Shown in pieces: positions 22,964-34,072 of a DNA stretch of 34,817 nt (the first letter of the stretch is position 1; each line of letters opens with the position of its first letter). Source of the DNA: Octopus bimaculoides (Eukaryota); NCBI RefSeq assembly GCF_001194135.2, contig NC_068985.1, positions 48,471,836 through 48,506,652 of the forward strand, given 5' to 3'. The translations under genes and the position numbers were made by a program. Below the pieces are notes generated by a model. That model was not told the origin of the DNA and searched no databases. It saw nothing but the letters and a program-made list of their open reading frames with translations.

Positions 22964-23168
22964 TACCTTTCTCCTTATAAATGTCCTAGAAATTTCACAC
23001 TGCCTTGGCTTTCTTGTCTCATTTTATTCAACCGATACACGGTCACACACAACCCGTGTTAGACCCCTCACTCATACTATTACCGAACCGGGAGTCTAAC
23101 AGCGGTCCTCCCGTAGCACTTACGTAGCCTTGCCTGCCTTTTGGACCCTATGAATACCAAAACCTCTC

Positions 23169-23255
<87 letters not shown>

Positions 23256-23265
23256 NNNNNNNNNN

Positions 23266-23383
23266 TGCACCTCTGATTTGCACTACCAATACCTGCAAGT
23301 AAGTTCTGCTCATTGTGGATCCTAACATGTCTTTTAAGACCCCCATTGGATTTGCAAACCCTCTGGCACACACCACATTCAAA
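23266..23383 (-). pseudogene. Single C2H2 zinc-finger coding fragment (retrotransposon C-terminus or ZNF exon), cut by a gap
   Basis: FECGVCQRVCKSNGGLKRHVRIH has C-x2-C-x12-H-x3-H spacing. Confidence 0.6.
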
Positions 23384-23744
23384 CGTATATATATGTATAT
23401 GTATATAAATTCTATCTCCATTACTGTATTATTAATATATGTGCACCTTGCAAATCTCTTCAGAGACATGTGGTGTAAAAACTAATATATATTCGAAGGT
23501 GTTAATGTATATCGGAGAGCGTTGCAGTAGTGACATGCCAGAACGTCAAACGCATTCGGCTCTATTTCAGTGTTTGTCAGTGTTGCCACTATCACTTGCT
23601 TAAGACGAAATTCGGGCTTTCATATGTTGAAAACAGTGAATATTCAGTTCGTGGATATTACAGTAAGCTTGTCGAGCGGCAAAACAAAACTGAAGTCGTT
23701 GAATGCAATTTATATGTATATATTCCTTTTCTATATACACAGAA

Positions 23745-23928
23745 AAGGCTTCCAATTTTGGCAGGAGAGCATGTTCGGGATTCCCGGGATACTGATATTT
23801 GTTTTATCAACCACTGCGGGGTTAAAAGCAAAGAGATCCTAGGCGGAATTTGAACTCAGATCTAAAGACGTACGAAGTGCCCCGAAGCATTTTGCGCGAC
23901 GTCCTAACGATTCTGCCAGCTCACCGCC
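23745..23928 (-). mobile_element. SINE family 2
   Basis: Reverse complement of GGCGGTGAGCTGGCAGAATCGTTAG..GAGTTCAAATTCCGCC. Confidence 0.8.
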
Positions 23929-24340
23929 TTAAATAGATGTCAATATACTATAAGGATATAGAGTAGAGTATAATCCATTCGAAGGTTCCACAATTAAGAA
24001 CTTAATGTTTTGTAGACTAACTGCATAAAAAAAAATATGATATATACATTGAAATTAATATATACTTTACCGATTTAAAGANNNNNNNNNNNNNNNNNNN
24101 NNNNNNNNNNNNNNNNNNNNNNNNNNNNNNNNNNNNNNNNNNNNNNNNNNNNNNNNNNNNNNNNNNNNNNNNNNNNNNNNNNNNNNNNNNNNNNNNNNNN
24201 NNNNNNNNNNNNNNNNNNNNNNNNNNNNNNNNNNNNNNNNNNNNNNNNNNNNNNNNNNNNNNNNNNNNNNNNNNNNNNNNNNNNNNNNNNNNNNNNNNNN
24301 NNNNNNNNNNNNNNNNNNNNNNNNNNNNNNNNNNNNNNNN

Positions 24341-24371
<31 letters not shown>

Positions 24372-24375
24372 ATAT

Positions 24376-24411
<36 letters not shown>

Positions 24412-24967
24412 CTGCGTGTGAACATGTGTGTCTGTGAGTGTGTGCGTGCAAATGAGTGTGCTAGTGTGTCTATATGTGTGCGTAAGACAATTATATAAAT
24501 ATAAAATTGGATGTGTGACTTTTATGCGTGACTAGACACATATACATATATATATATTTATATATAATCACAATGAATGGTTTTTCATGTGTATGCTTAC
24601 AAATATTCGAACAGTCATTGGATAATTTATTTCTTGTGTTTGTCATTTATTTTTATGTACTACACTCCCTTGAACTGAAAGTGGGTTTTATTTGCTGGAC
24701 GCACGAACGCCAATCTAATATATAGCAAAGGTTTCACCGAGGTCAATAGAGAGGTGAGTGGCAAAAGTAATTCATCTTATTTGATATACAGATGAACAAC
24801 AAAAAAAAATCATAATCACATTTTATGAGCTTTGAAATATATATTCCCACGTGTGAAACGTATGGCTGTGTGTAAGGCAATCAAATGAAAGCAATCGACG
24901 TGAAATGATACCAAGACATGACAAATACTTGCTATAGTAGGCGTGTCATTATCATAATTTTGATTGA

Positions 24968-24968
24968 A

Positions 24969-25003
<35 letters not shown>

Positions 25004-25100
25004 ATAGTAGTAGTAGTAGTAGTAGTAGTAGTAGCAGCAGCAGCAGCAGTAGTAGCAGCAGCAGCAGCAGCAGCAGCAGCAGATTCAGTAGTAGTAGTTA
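24968..25100. repeat. (AGT)n/(AGC)n trinucleotide array
   Basis: Seen directly. Confidence 0.95.
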
Positions 25101-25356
25101 TAATTACGGTGGTGGGATTTGGGTTTGTTGGAAGAAATGTATGTATATATGTCGAATAGATACGAAATTTCTGCCTTATGTTTTTATTTAATGCTCTTCG
25201 CTCATATTTATTTAATTGAGACCAAAATAAAACACACCATATCGTGCTTCGTTACGATTTGAACTCGGATTTTTGGGGATGGTTAGTGAAGTGAAAAAAT
25301 ATGATAAGTTTAAATTGTATTTCGCTGTCGGATTTAATTCGTATATTCTTTTCTAC

Positions 25357-25990
25357 TCTAAATACAAGGCCCGAAATTTTGTGGGAGGGAGCCAATCGAT
25401 TAGATCAACCTCATTACGTAACTGGTACTTAATTTATCGACCTCGAAAGGATGAAAGGCAAAGTCGACCTCGGTTTTAATTCGTATACTGCTGGTGGGGA
25501 AAGTAAATATTTGAAACATGTTGGATTATCTCTATGCCCTTTGACTGGTGATAAATAAAATTTCAGGAACGAATTTTAGAAAGAAAATGAATTCAGTCGT
25601 GAAATTAGAAGTATTTGAAGGTAACGAGCTGGCAAAATCTTTAGCGCGCTGGACGAAATTCTTAGCGGTATTTGGTTCGTCGCAATGTTCTGAGTTAAAA
25701 TTCCGCCGAGCTCGACTTTGCCTTCCATCCTTTCGAGGTCGATAAATTAAGTACCAGTGAAATTCTGGAGAAAATGTGTTCGACTTACAACCTGCCTACA
25801 AATTTCAAGCCTTGTACTTCGAAAAATGCATTTCGTCCGTCCGAACTTTCTTAGTCCAAATTCTGCCGTGGTCGACATTGCCTTTCATCTCTTCAAGGTC
25901 GCTAAAATAAGTACCAATTGAACATTGGGGTCGATGTAGTCGACTTACTTCTACTAACTTGCTGGTGCTGTGCCAAAATTTGAAATTAAT
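25357..25990. mobile_element. Three SINE family 2 copies (~25357-25473 minus; ~25620-25825 plus; ~25828-25990 plus)
   Basis: Shared CGACTTTGCCTTTCATCCTTTCGAGGTCGATAAATTAAGTACC core. Confidence 0.85.
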
Positions 25991-26444
25991 GTTGAAGGTA
26001 CTTCTTTGTCTGAACCCGAAATTACGCGAGTCAAAGTCAAAATTATAGTGGTTTCAACACCAAGCAATTCGTGATTGCACAAGGAACATGTTACTGATGC
26101 AAAAGGGTAAAAAGAAATCAACTGATTAATAAATATGAGGCGAGAAGTATTATTGGTCAAAGATTGATGTAATTCAAGCTACATGTCAAGACGTGTTTTC
26201 GACCTTTAGGGATATTAACATTTTAATTATGGAAAGAAAATGAAGTCATAATCGAAATCTTAAACAAACAAAAAAAAATGTTATGCATCAAAATGTAAAA
26301 TAGAATATTAATAAAAAATGGGGTTTTTATGGGCCACTCTAATTCTATTTCGGCAAATACAGGAACAACTCTAGATATTTTTGGTTGTAATATGTTACCT
26401 TAGTAGTGAAGTGATAACTAAACAGGTATAAAGACTGGGGGCTG

Positions 26445-26780
26445 TAGTCAAATGGAGGAGGAGGAGACCCCCTTCGGTCATGAATGACCATGGGATTGCA
26501 CCTAGAAAGTTACCCTCCGAGGCAGAAGTCCTGGCAAGGTTGTTTATGGCCAGCAGTCGCCCATGCATACCAACCTCTCCTCTCCACACCATTGGTGTTA
26601 TCGAAGGGAAAGACAAAGGCCGATACAGCTTGGCACCAGTGATGTCGAAACTCATTTCTACACTGAGTTAACTGGATGGAGCAACGTGAAATAATGTGTC
26701 TTGCTCAAGAACACAACACGCAGCCCGGTCTGGGAATCGAACTCACAACCTCACTATCGTAAGCTTGAAGATCTAACCAC
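26445..26780 (-). mobile_element. tRNA-derived SINE family 3, near full length
   Basis: Perfect B-box GAGTTCGATTCCC (26744-26732), core TGTGTTCTTGAGCAAGACAC, and a (CTC)n tail. Confidence 0.8.
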
Positions 26781-26789
26781 AAGTCAGCG

Positions 26790-27221
26790 TCGTTAGAGTG
26801 TTGCAGCTAATGCCTTGCAATATTTCTTGCAATTTTTAGACTATGAGTTCTAATCCCGCCGAGTTCGACCTCACCTTTCTTCTTTTCCGGATCAATGAAA
26901 AGTACCGCTGTAAGGCGGTGGATTGGCGGGAATGCTAGATGGTTGGGCGAGACATTCAAACAGTTACAACTCTCTGCGTTTTCACACCAATTCCGGCAAT
27001 GATATTGATTTCAAATTTTGGCACAAGTCCAGCAATTTAGTGGCAAGGTGTGCGTTGCTTATATCGACTCTAGTACTCCACTCATCCTTATTTTATCGAA
27101 TCCTAAATAATGAAAGGCAAAGTCAACCTCGGCGGAATTTCAGCTCAAAATGTAATGACAGGTGAAATGCCAGTAATCATTTTGCCCGGCTTGGTCACGA
27201 TTCTGTCAGGTCACCACCTTA
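26790..27221. mobile_element. Cluster of diverged SINE family 2 copies (two plus-strand partials, one minus-strand copy ~27005-27221)
   Basis: GAGTTCTAATCCCGCCGAG, AAGGCGGTGGATTGGC and ATGAAAGGCAAAGTCAACCTCGGCGGAATTT. Confidence 0.7.
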
Positions 27222-27397
27222 ATACCGCCAATGATGTTAGTACCAATATGTACCGACGCAAGTCAGCGGCATTTTTGTAGGATAAACATCGATGGGTAAA
27301 CATCGATGGAGTAGAGAAGGTTCATTTTCAAATATAGACAACTGTCGGATTTACTCACATAATGTTGTCCATATCTACACACATAAATATATTGATA

Positions 27398-27520
27398 CAG
27401 GCATGGCTCTATGGTTGAGTATCTCGCTTTGCAATCACATGTTTTTAGGTTGATTTGTACTGTTCAGCACCTTGAGCAAGTGGCTTTTACGATAGCACCG
27501 GGCTGACTAGTGCCTAGTGA
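27398..27520 (+). mobile_element. Diverged SINE family 1 5' part
   Basis: CAGGCATGGCTCTATGG..CACCTTGAGCAAGTG..ATAGCACCGGG resembles 3796-3920. Confidence 0.6.
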
Positions 27521-27736
27521 ATTAATTTGTTTGACAAAAACTGCATAGAAAAGTGTTTTGGTTGTGTTTTTGTGTGTGGGGGGAGGGGTGTATACGAGTA
27601 TGTCATTGTGTTAGTGTTCATACACTCCCGAACAGTGTGAGAACTTGTAATGTTCTGTTTACGTTCCAGTAACCTCGTGATTCGCCAAAAGATGCGGACA
27701 GAATAAGCACCAGATTTAAATGAAAAAGAAAAAAAG

Positions 27737-28210
27737 ACATCGGAAGGGTGATGCATACCCTCCGCACAGACAAATTTTTTCGCACATTATAATGTGACTT
27801 ACAATGCGTTGCTTACCCATGCTTTTTAACTGAACTGAATTATTATTTATTATTTTTTTTTTTTGAAGTATCACCATTCTAGTTGTACATCGGTGAAATT
27901 AGGAAATAAACTCGTACATAAGCGAAACCCTCAAATCTATCACTGTACATATACGCGCGCGCGCGCGTACAAACACCACACACACACACACACACACACT
28001 CACAGTCGCATATCTATGTACGTATTTACGTATGTTTGAGGATAATCAGGTCAAATGTTCATGATTTCGAGCCACTCACCTAATGAGTATTTCTGCCAAA
28101 TTTGGTGAAAATCCATCCAGCCGTTTTCCAGTAATTTTGTAAACACACAGACAAACAGACAAAGACAAGTGATTACAACACTCTGCTTTCGCTTACACGC
28201 GCAGGGTAAA
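27737..28210 (-). mobile_element. Helentron-associated non-autonomous element (HINE/DINE-1-like)
   Basis: Subterminal inverted repeats TACCCTCCGC (27756-27765) and GCGCAGGGTA (28199-28208) match 9/10. Also present: an ACAG-type microsatellite (~28147-28167), a terminal hairpin AGGGT-GATGCAT-ACCCT, and A/T-run flanks. Confidence 0.65.
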
Positions 28211-29616
28211 TATCCAAATTTTTAACAATCTACCGCTAATAAAATGAGAACACTTTCTCTCATAGTTAGAAACAGAAATGCAAAAGGGAGAGAGAAGATA
28301 CTGCATACACGCTAACATATTATACTTACAGTAATACTGCTGCTTATAACTGTGGGAAACTAATTAGAGTTAAATAGACTACGCCACTGAGAGTTAATTG
28401 CCATGGCATTGCGAAATAATGCAGTGTCTGTGACAAGACTGTAATTAGTTAGATTCTGAACTAAGAAAGGCCAAGGTAAATGCTTCAAGGCATTATAATT
28501 ATTATTATAATGACTATAATGACTACTGCTACTAATACTACTATTATGAATACTCGACCCAATGAATGAATATCTACATATGTTCTTGATATATATGGAA
28601 TAGCAGCCAAATCGTACTCAAGTTTCTGATATAGAAAACGGATGACATATTGGATATTGTAATAGTAGATACAATAGGTTGCAATATTATTTTTAGAGTT
28701 GTAACTATTCTCAAGATGTTATCGAAAGTGTGTGTGTGTGTGGAGGGAGGGGATGATTTAAGAGTAAGAAAGCCAACATCAACTTTTCACTTGAGTAGAA
28801 ACAATGGTGGCGTTAAATGAGACGACTTGTATGCATGGCCGGCTGTCTATCTTCCTTAAAAGTATCTCGCCAGATCTGCACATAAATGTGCAAATGCGTG
28901 ATAAGCCCCTAAATAAATAACAGCAACATGATGCAATATAAGCTGATTTAGCTTCTGGTTTTGTCAGGTCGATCGACAGCGCCTAGTGTTCCATTGTGGT
29001 TCGTGGATTAGTCACTTTTTCAGAGTTAGTAGAAAATGGACGTCTGTTTTAAGCCTACTGGCTGAGTAGATAGACGATCGTATAGAATACCTTGCGTTAT
29101 TTGTCCCTAATCTCACCCGTCGAGGTCATCTATAACTCTCATTCTACGGTTGGTAAAAACTTTTACTCATTTCATTTGACACTTCATATTCTGAGTTCAA
29201 ATCCAATGATGACCTATTTGTGTGGTAGACTTTGTCTGCTTAACACCACAACCTAGCATCCAGGCACAATTTCGCTGTATCGTTTCTATCAAAAATTTTC
29301 GGACCAACCTCACAGTTTGAGATTAACCTGCAAACAGTCATGGCGGTTTTGCCATTCATCTTCATTAAAAGATAGAAAATATTTGTTTATGAGGGGTAAG
29401 CATCAGCTGACCCTTAGTAGAAAATTGATTAGGAAATCTTCTATGAACGCCGTGGAAGTTTTGTCTTCTAGTTCAGGAGTCGCAAGAAGACCAACGCAAC
29501 AACTAAAATGTAAGGCTCTATTTACCTATCACCACTATCACACCACCACATATATTACACCCAATAATTACTTCTCCTACATTTCGCACACCACAAACTT
29601 TGAATATACCCTTTAA

Positions 29617-29668
29617 CACTCTGAAGAGATCGGCCAAACTACTGGCTGGATCGAAACGTGCGTAAGTG
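29617..29668 (+). ncRNA. Type I hammerhead ribozyme, apparently intact; predicted cleavage after A29664 (GUA)
   Basis: CACT-CTGAAGA-GATC-GGCCA-AACTAC-TGGCT-G-GATC-GAAA-CGTGCG-TA-AGTG. It has the canonical G10.1-C11.1 pair and a 9-bp stem II. Confidence 0.85.
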
Positions 29669-30076
29669 ACTATGATATAATATACAAAATGACTCATTAC
29701 ATAANNNNNNNNNNNNNNNNNNNNNNNNNNNNNNNNNNNNNNNNNNNNNNNNNNNNNNNNNNNNNNNNNNNNNNNNNNNNNNNNNNNNNNNNNNNNNNNN
29801 NNNNNNNNNNNNNNNNNNNNNNNNNNNNNNNNNNNNNNNNNNNNNNNNNNNNNNNNNNNNNNNNNNNNNNNNNNNNNNNNNNNNNNNNNNNNNNNNNNNN
29901 NNNNNNNNNNNNNNNNNNNNNNNNNNNNNNNNNNNNNNNNNNNNNNNNNNNNNNNNNNNNNNNNNNNNNNNNNNNNNNNNNNNNNNNNNNNNNNNNNNNN
30001 NNNNNNNNNNNNNNNNNNNNNNNNNNNNNNNNNNNNNNNNNNNNNNNNNNNNNNNNNNNNNNNNNNNNNNNNNNNN

Positions 30077-30121
<45 letters not shown>

Positions 30122-30602
30122 GTATGTATGTATTGGTTATTATCGTATTACACACGCGTGCATAGATACGCATATACATCCATATGTATATTACATACAT
30201 TTCCACATTACACAAGGGAAACGTAAACGCAGTAACTAATATATAAAAGAACTGAAAATGAAAATAACAAAATATGTCTGTTTGGTGGTGTTGACTAACT
30301 CTAGGTAAAAGATCTAAGACAGTGGTCACTTTAATGTTCAACCTCGGACTAAATTTATCGGTGATTATTTGAAACATTTGCATTTCTCAAAGCACTGCAG
30401 CTCCATTGCTTCGAGAGTTTATGGTGATATTTATCTTTCATAAAGCCATTAATTATCCATATGTACAATTCAAAGTGAAAGTAGGTTTTCTTGTCGTCTA
30501 GACATAAGTTGAAATTTAATATGTGTGTGTACGTACGTGTGTGAGTATGTGCTTGTGATTGTTAGTATGCACATTTTTGCTTTACTCAAATATACATGCA
30601 TA

Positions 30603-30640
<38 letters not shown>

Positions 30641-31354
30641 GACAAAATGCTGGCAATAAATATAATAGGTGTTATATTTTACATATCATATATGTCCCGG
30701 GTGGTTTTCAGTAAATATTTGAATGTCTTTACGCATAATTATACGTATAAACCTCGTATTTACAGAACCACACACACTATATGTGTGTGTGTGTGTGTGC
30801 GTGTGTGAGTGTGTGTGCGTGTGTGTGGGGGGGGGTATAAATTTAAGCACATGTCTGCCTGCTTATCTGCCGCTGTGTCTGCACACTATTACGTATTAAT
30901 GGCTTTTAAATATTAGAGCAGATATACTTGATTAACAGTTATATGTGCATTTACAGTTCATACTTCATACAGCCAGCCATGGATATTTACACATCTGCGC
31001 TCACGCATCCATATACACCTTATGCATGCATGTATGTGTTATGTATGTATGTATGTATGTATATGTCTATAATATTGATTCTTTGGTTGCGCAAAAGATA
31101 CTGTCGCTAGAGTAGAAATTAAAACAGTACATGTTGAGTGATTAAAACTTGTTTTGAGTGATAAGCTTAGGAATCGTTTTGCTCTCTAATGGCCCTATCC
31201 TATGAATATTAATTGAATATTAGACAACATAACATAAGTTACAAATATTTGTCAGTCTGAACCTCTCGAGGTAGATTCCCGTGACGAGCCTACGAAAGTT
31301 TAAGCTGCATAGAGCTGAATCAAACTTTTTTTTTAATTATAATGATAATAATGA

Positions 31355-31569
31355 TACTTTCTACTACAGATACAGGGCTTGAAATTTTGGAGGAGGGGTT
31401 AAACTGATTACATCGACAGCAGTATATGATTGGTATAAAAAATTATCGACACCGAAATGACGAAAGGCAAAGTCGACCTCGGCGAAATTTGAACTCAGAA
31501 TGTAGTGGCAAGCGAAATACCGCTAAGTATTTCGCACGGGTTGCTAAAGTTTCTGCCCTCTCGCCGCCC
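31355..31569 (-). mobile_element. SINE family 2, near full length
   Basis: AAAGGCAAAGTCGACCTCGGCGAAATTTGAACTCAGAA..CGCCGCC. Confidence 0.85.
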
Positions 31570-32029
31570 TAATAATAATAATATTATATATATATATATA
31601 TATATNNNNNNNNNNNNNNNNNNNNNNNNNNNNNNNNNNNNNNNNNNNNNNNNNNNNNNNNNNNNNNNNNNNNNNNNNNNNNNNNNNNNNNNNNNNNNNN
31701 NNNNNNNNNNNNNNNNNNNNNNNNNNNNNNNNNNNNNNNNNNNNNNNNNNNNNNNNNNNNNNNNNNNNNNNNNNNNNNNNNNNNNNNNNNNNNNNNNNNN
31801 NNNNNNNNNNNNNNNNNNNNNNNNNNNNNNNNNNNNNNNNNNNNNNNNNNNNNNNNNNNNNNNNNNNNNNNNNNNNNNNNNNNNNNNNNNNNNNNNNNNN
31901 NNNNNNNNNNNNNNNNNNNNNNNNNNNNNNNNNNNNNNNNNNNNNNNNNNNNNNNNNNNNNNNNNNNNNNNNNNNNNNNNNNNNNNNNNNNNNNNGATGA
32001 TGATGATGGTGGTGGTGATGATGATGATA

Positions 32030-32061
<32 letters not shown>

Positions 32062-32063
32062 GG

Positions 32064-32112
<49 letters not shown>

Positions 32113-32113
32113 A

Positions 32114-32656
32114 AATGCCCTGATGCAGTACCAGGCAGTGGCTCTCGTGGCTTTTGATTTTAACTGACTGGAAGTGTTATCATGTACATAGTTTTGTCTT
32201 GGTATAAAAAGATGGGCTACAGCAAATATTCTGCTCCATACCACAGACTTGCTTGTCAGTTGTTTAATCTTAACCAGTTGAGCCAGTCCCTTAGTGGCTG
32301 ACGATATGTGCATCACTGATCACGAGCGGAAGTAATGGAAGAGCATCATATCTATGTGTTAGAGGAATTCTTTGGGGTTTGAATAATTCACTTCTGGAAA
32401 CATTGGCGTTTCGTTCAACATACTTAAGCAACCCTTATTCAGGGACCTTTTGAGCGGAATGTGCTACTCGAGCTGAAGAAAATTCTAACTGTGCCCCACC
32501 TGTTTATTTTGATAGAAAATCACCATGTCGCGCACATATGGTTGTGATGCATGTGCCTGGTGTACCCTTATCAGACGTGAAGTCATGATTGGTATATTGG
32601 GCTTGGTATATTTTACCCCAGTGTCACTTTGATTACATGCACTGCTCTCTCACTCA
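32114..32656 (+). mobile_element. ~545-bp orphan non-coding interspersed element, copy 1
   Basis: Runs from AATGCCCTGATGCAGTACCAGGCAGTGGCTCTC to CTGCTCTCTCACTCA, flanked by (GAT)n/(AAT)n. It is colinear with the copy at 34073-34630. Confidence 0.85.
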
Positions 32657-32692
32657 ATAATGATGATGATGATGATGATGATAACAATAATA

Positions 32693-33185
32693 CGGTCAGT
32701 TTGCAAGAGATGTGAACGGCAAGACAGATAAGAGGACCGGTGGCGATGGATGAGGAGTGACCTGAAGGTAAGGAGAGAAGCATTCATATGCACTGCTGAA
32801 GAACAAGCGTTAAGGACCAACTATGTGAAGTGAAATATATACAACACTACCGACAGCGACAAATATACAATGTGTGGTGAATGGGGTGAAATGTTATGGC
32901 ACATCATTAGCGAATGCCCGAATTTGGCACAACACGGTTATGTAACAGACAACATGACAATGTGGTAAGAATGAGCCATTGGGCGCTCTGTAGAAATCAC
33001 AGCCTACAAAGAGCAAAGACGTGGTATAAGAAAACCCCAGAAGGAGTCACCGAGAGTGAAAATTGCAAAATCCTGTGGGATACAATGATTCAGCACGATC
33101 ACCTGACCAGACATCGAAAACCAGACATTATTATGGTGAATAAAAAAGAAAGAACATTTACGATAATCGACATAGCATGTCGACC
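32693..33185 (+). pseudogene. R4/Dong-type fragment (pre-finger, CCHC finger, RLE start)
   Basis: GQFARD..W.WMRSDLK..EQALRTNYVK..CGEWGEMLWHIISECP..HDNV..KILWD..KPDII..IIDIAC. Confidence 0.88.
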
Positions 33186-33194
33186 TCCCTGGAC

Positions 33195-33362
33195 TTTGAG
33201 CCCAGAGCGTAGCGGCATGCGAAATACCGCTAAGAATTTCGTCCCGAAAGGATGAAAGGCAAAGTCGACCTCGGTGTAATTTGAACTCAGAACATAGCGG
33301 CATGCGACATACGTCTGAGAATTTCGTCCAGTATGGTAACGATTCTGCCAGCGCAGCCGCCT
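33195..33362 (-). mobile_element. SINE family 2 (with partial internal duplication) truncating the R4/Dong fragment
   Basis: GGATGAAAGGCAAAGTCGACCTCGG..GAACTCAGAA..ACGATTCTGCCAGC..CCGCC. Confidence 0.85.
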
Positions 33363-33374
33363 TAAATAATACTA

Positions 33375-33455
<81 letters not shown>

Positions 33456-33475
33456 TGATGATGATGATGATGATG

Positions 33476-33767
33476 GGATCATATCATACGCCTTACGATA
33501 ATCGATGCATGACATGGCTAAGTTAGTTTTCCTTCTGTTGTAGTCTCTAAGTACAGTTTTGTCTACCAGGAGTTGATCCTTGGTACCTCTGCACTTATGC
33601 TTGCAACCCTTCTGCTCATGTGGCAGGACTCCATTTTTTTTTCCAGATATGCGTTCATTGACTCTGCGACTATTCCACTCAATAATTTCCACATAAGTGG
33701 CAAGCAGGATATCGGCTTCTAATTGCCTACCGTATTGCCTTTTCCGATGTTTTTCAAGCACAACACT
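33476..33767 (-). pseudogene. R4/Dong-type RT N-terminal fragment
   Basis: [16 protein letters not shown], then a frameshift, then [40 protein letters not shown]. Confidence 0.9.
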
Positions 33768-33784
33768 ATTATTATTATTATTAT

Positions 33785-33990
33785 CATAATATGTTTGACT
33801 TTTGCTTTGTATTTGTACAAGTTGACTCCAAGTCTCACCCAGAGACTTCAAGAGACGGCAAGTTAGAAGTTCATGTTGGTGTAATGCCTAGGTTGTCATA
33901 TATTTGGTTTTGCACATAATATTGTTCTAGAGAATGTTTAAGAACACAAGAAAATCATGAGTTTGCTTTAAAATTTGAGATTAAATACAC
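33785..33990 (-). mobile_element. 3'UTR with (AAT)n tail of a non-LTR element (probably a second R4/Dong family)
   Basis: Minus strand ends GGTGAGACTTGG..CAACTTGTACAAAT..GTCAAACATA+(AAT)n. The same 3' end occurs at 34731-34817. The family link is inferred from context. Confidence 0.6.
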
Positions 33991-34010
33991 AGTATGTAAT
34001 TATCATTATT

Positions 34011-34045
<35 letters not shown>

Positions 34046-34072
34046 TATTATTATTATTATTCTTATTATATT

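Larger units (their letters stand above)
22410..23010. mobile_element. 601-bp foldback (~225-bp arms) carrying one hammerhead per arm, Penelope-like inverted pseudo-LTR pair
   Basis: AGCCAAGGCAGTGTGAAATTTCTAGGA..GGTAGTCTTACAGCTGTTT..CCATCATCAGAGACGAT..GAAATATGAG..CAGTTTCATTATCCA is mirrored at ~22775-23010. Confidence 0.85.

Noticed and set aside
29317-29616. Penelope GIY-YIG C-terminus upstream of the hammerhead
   Set aside because: The position is suggestive, but no GIY-YIG or PxLN motif is clearly present.
2120-33526. Numerous ORFs rich in YI/CV/TH/LS/poly-I/poly-S/poly-M
   Set aside because: They are translations of microsatellites, or they span N gaps; there is no coding evidence.
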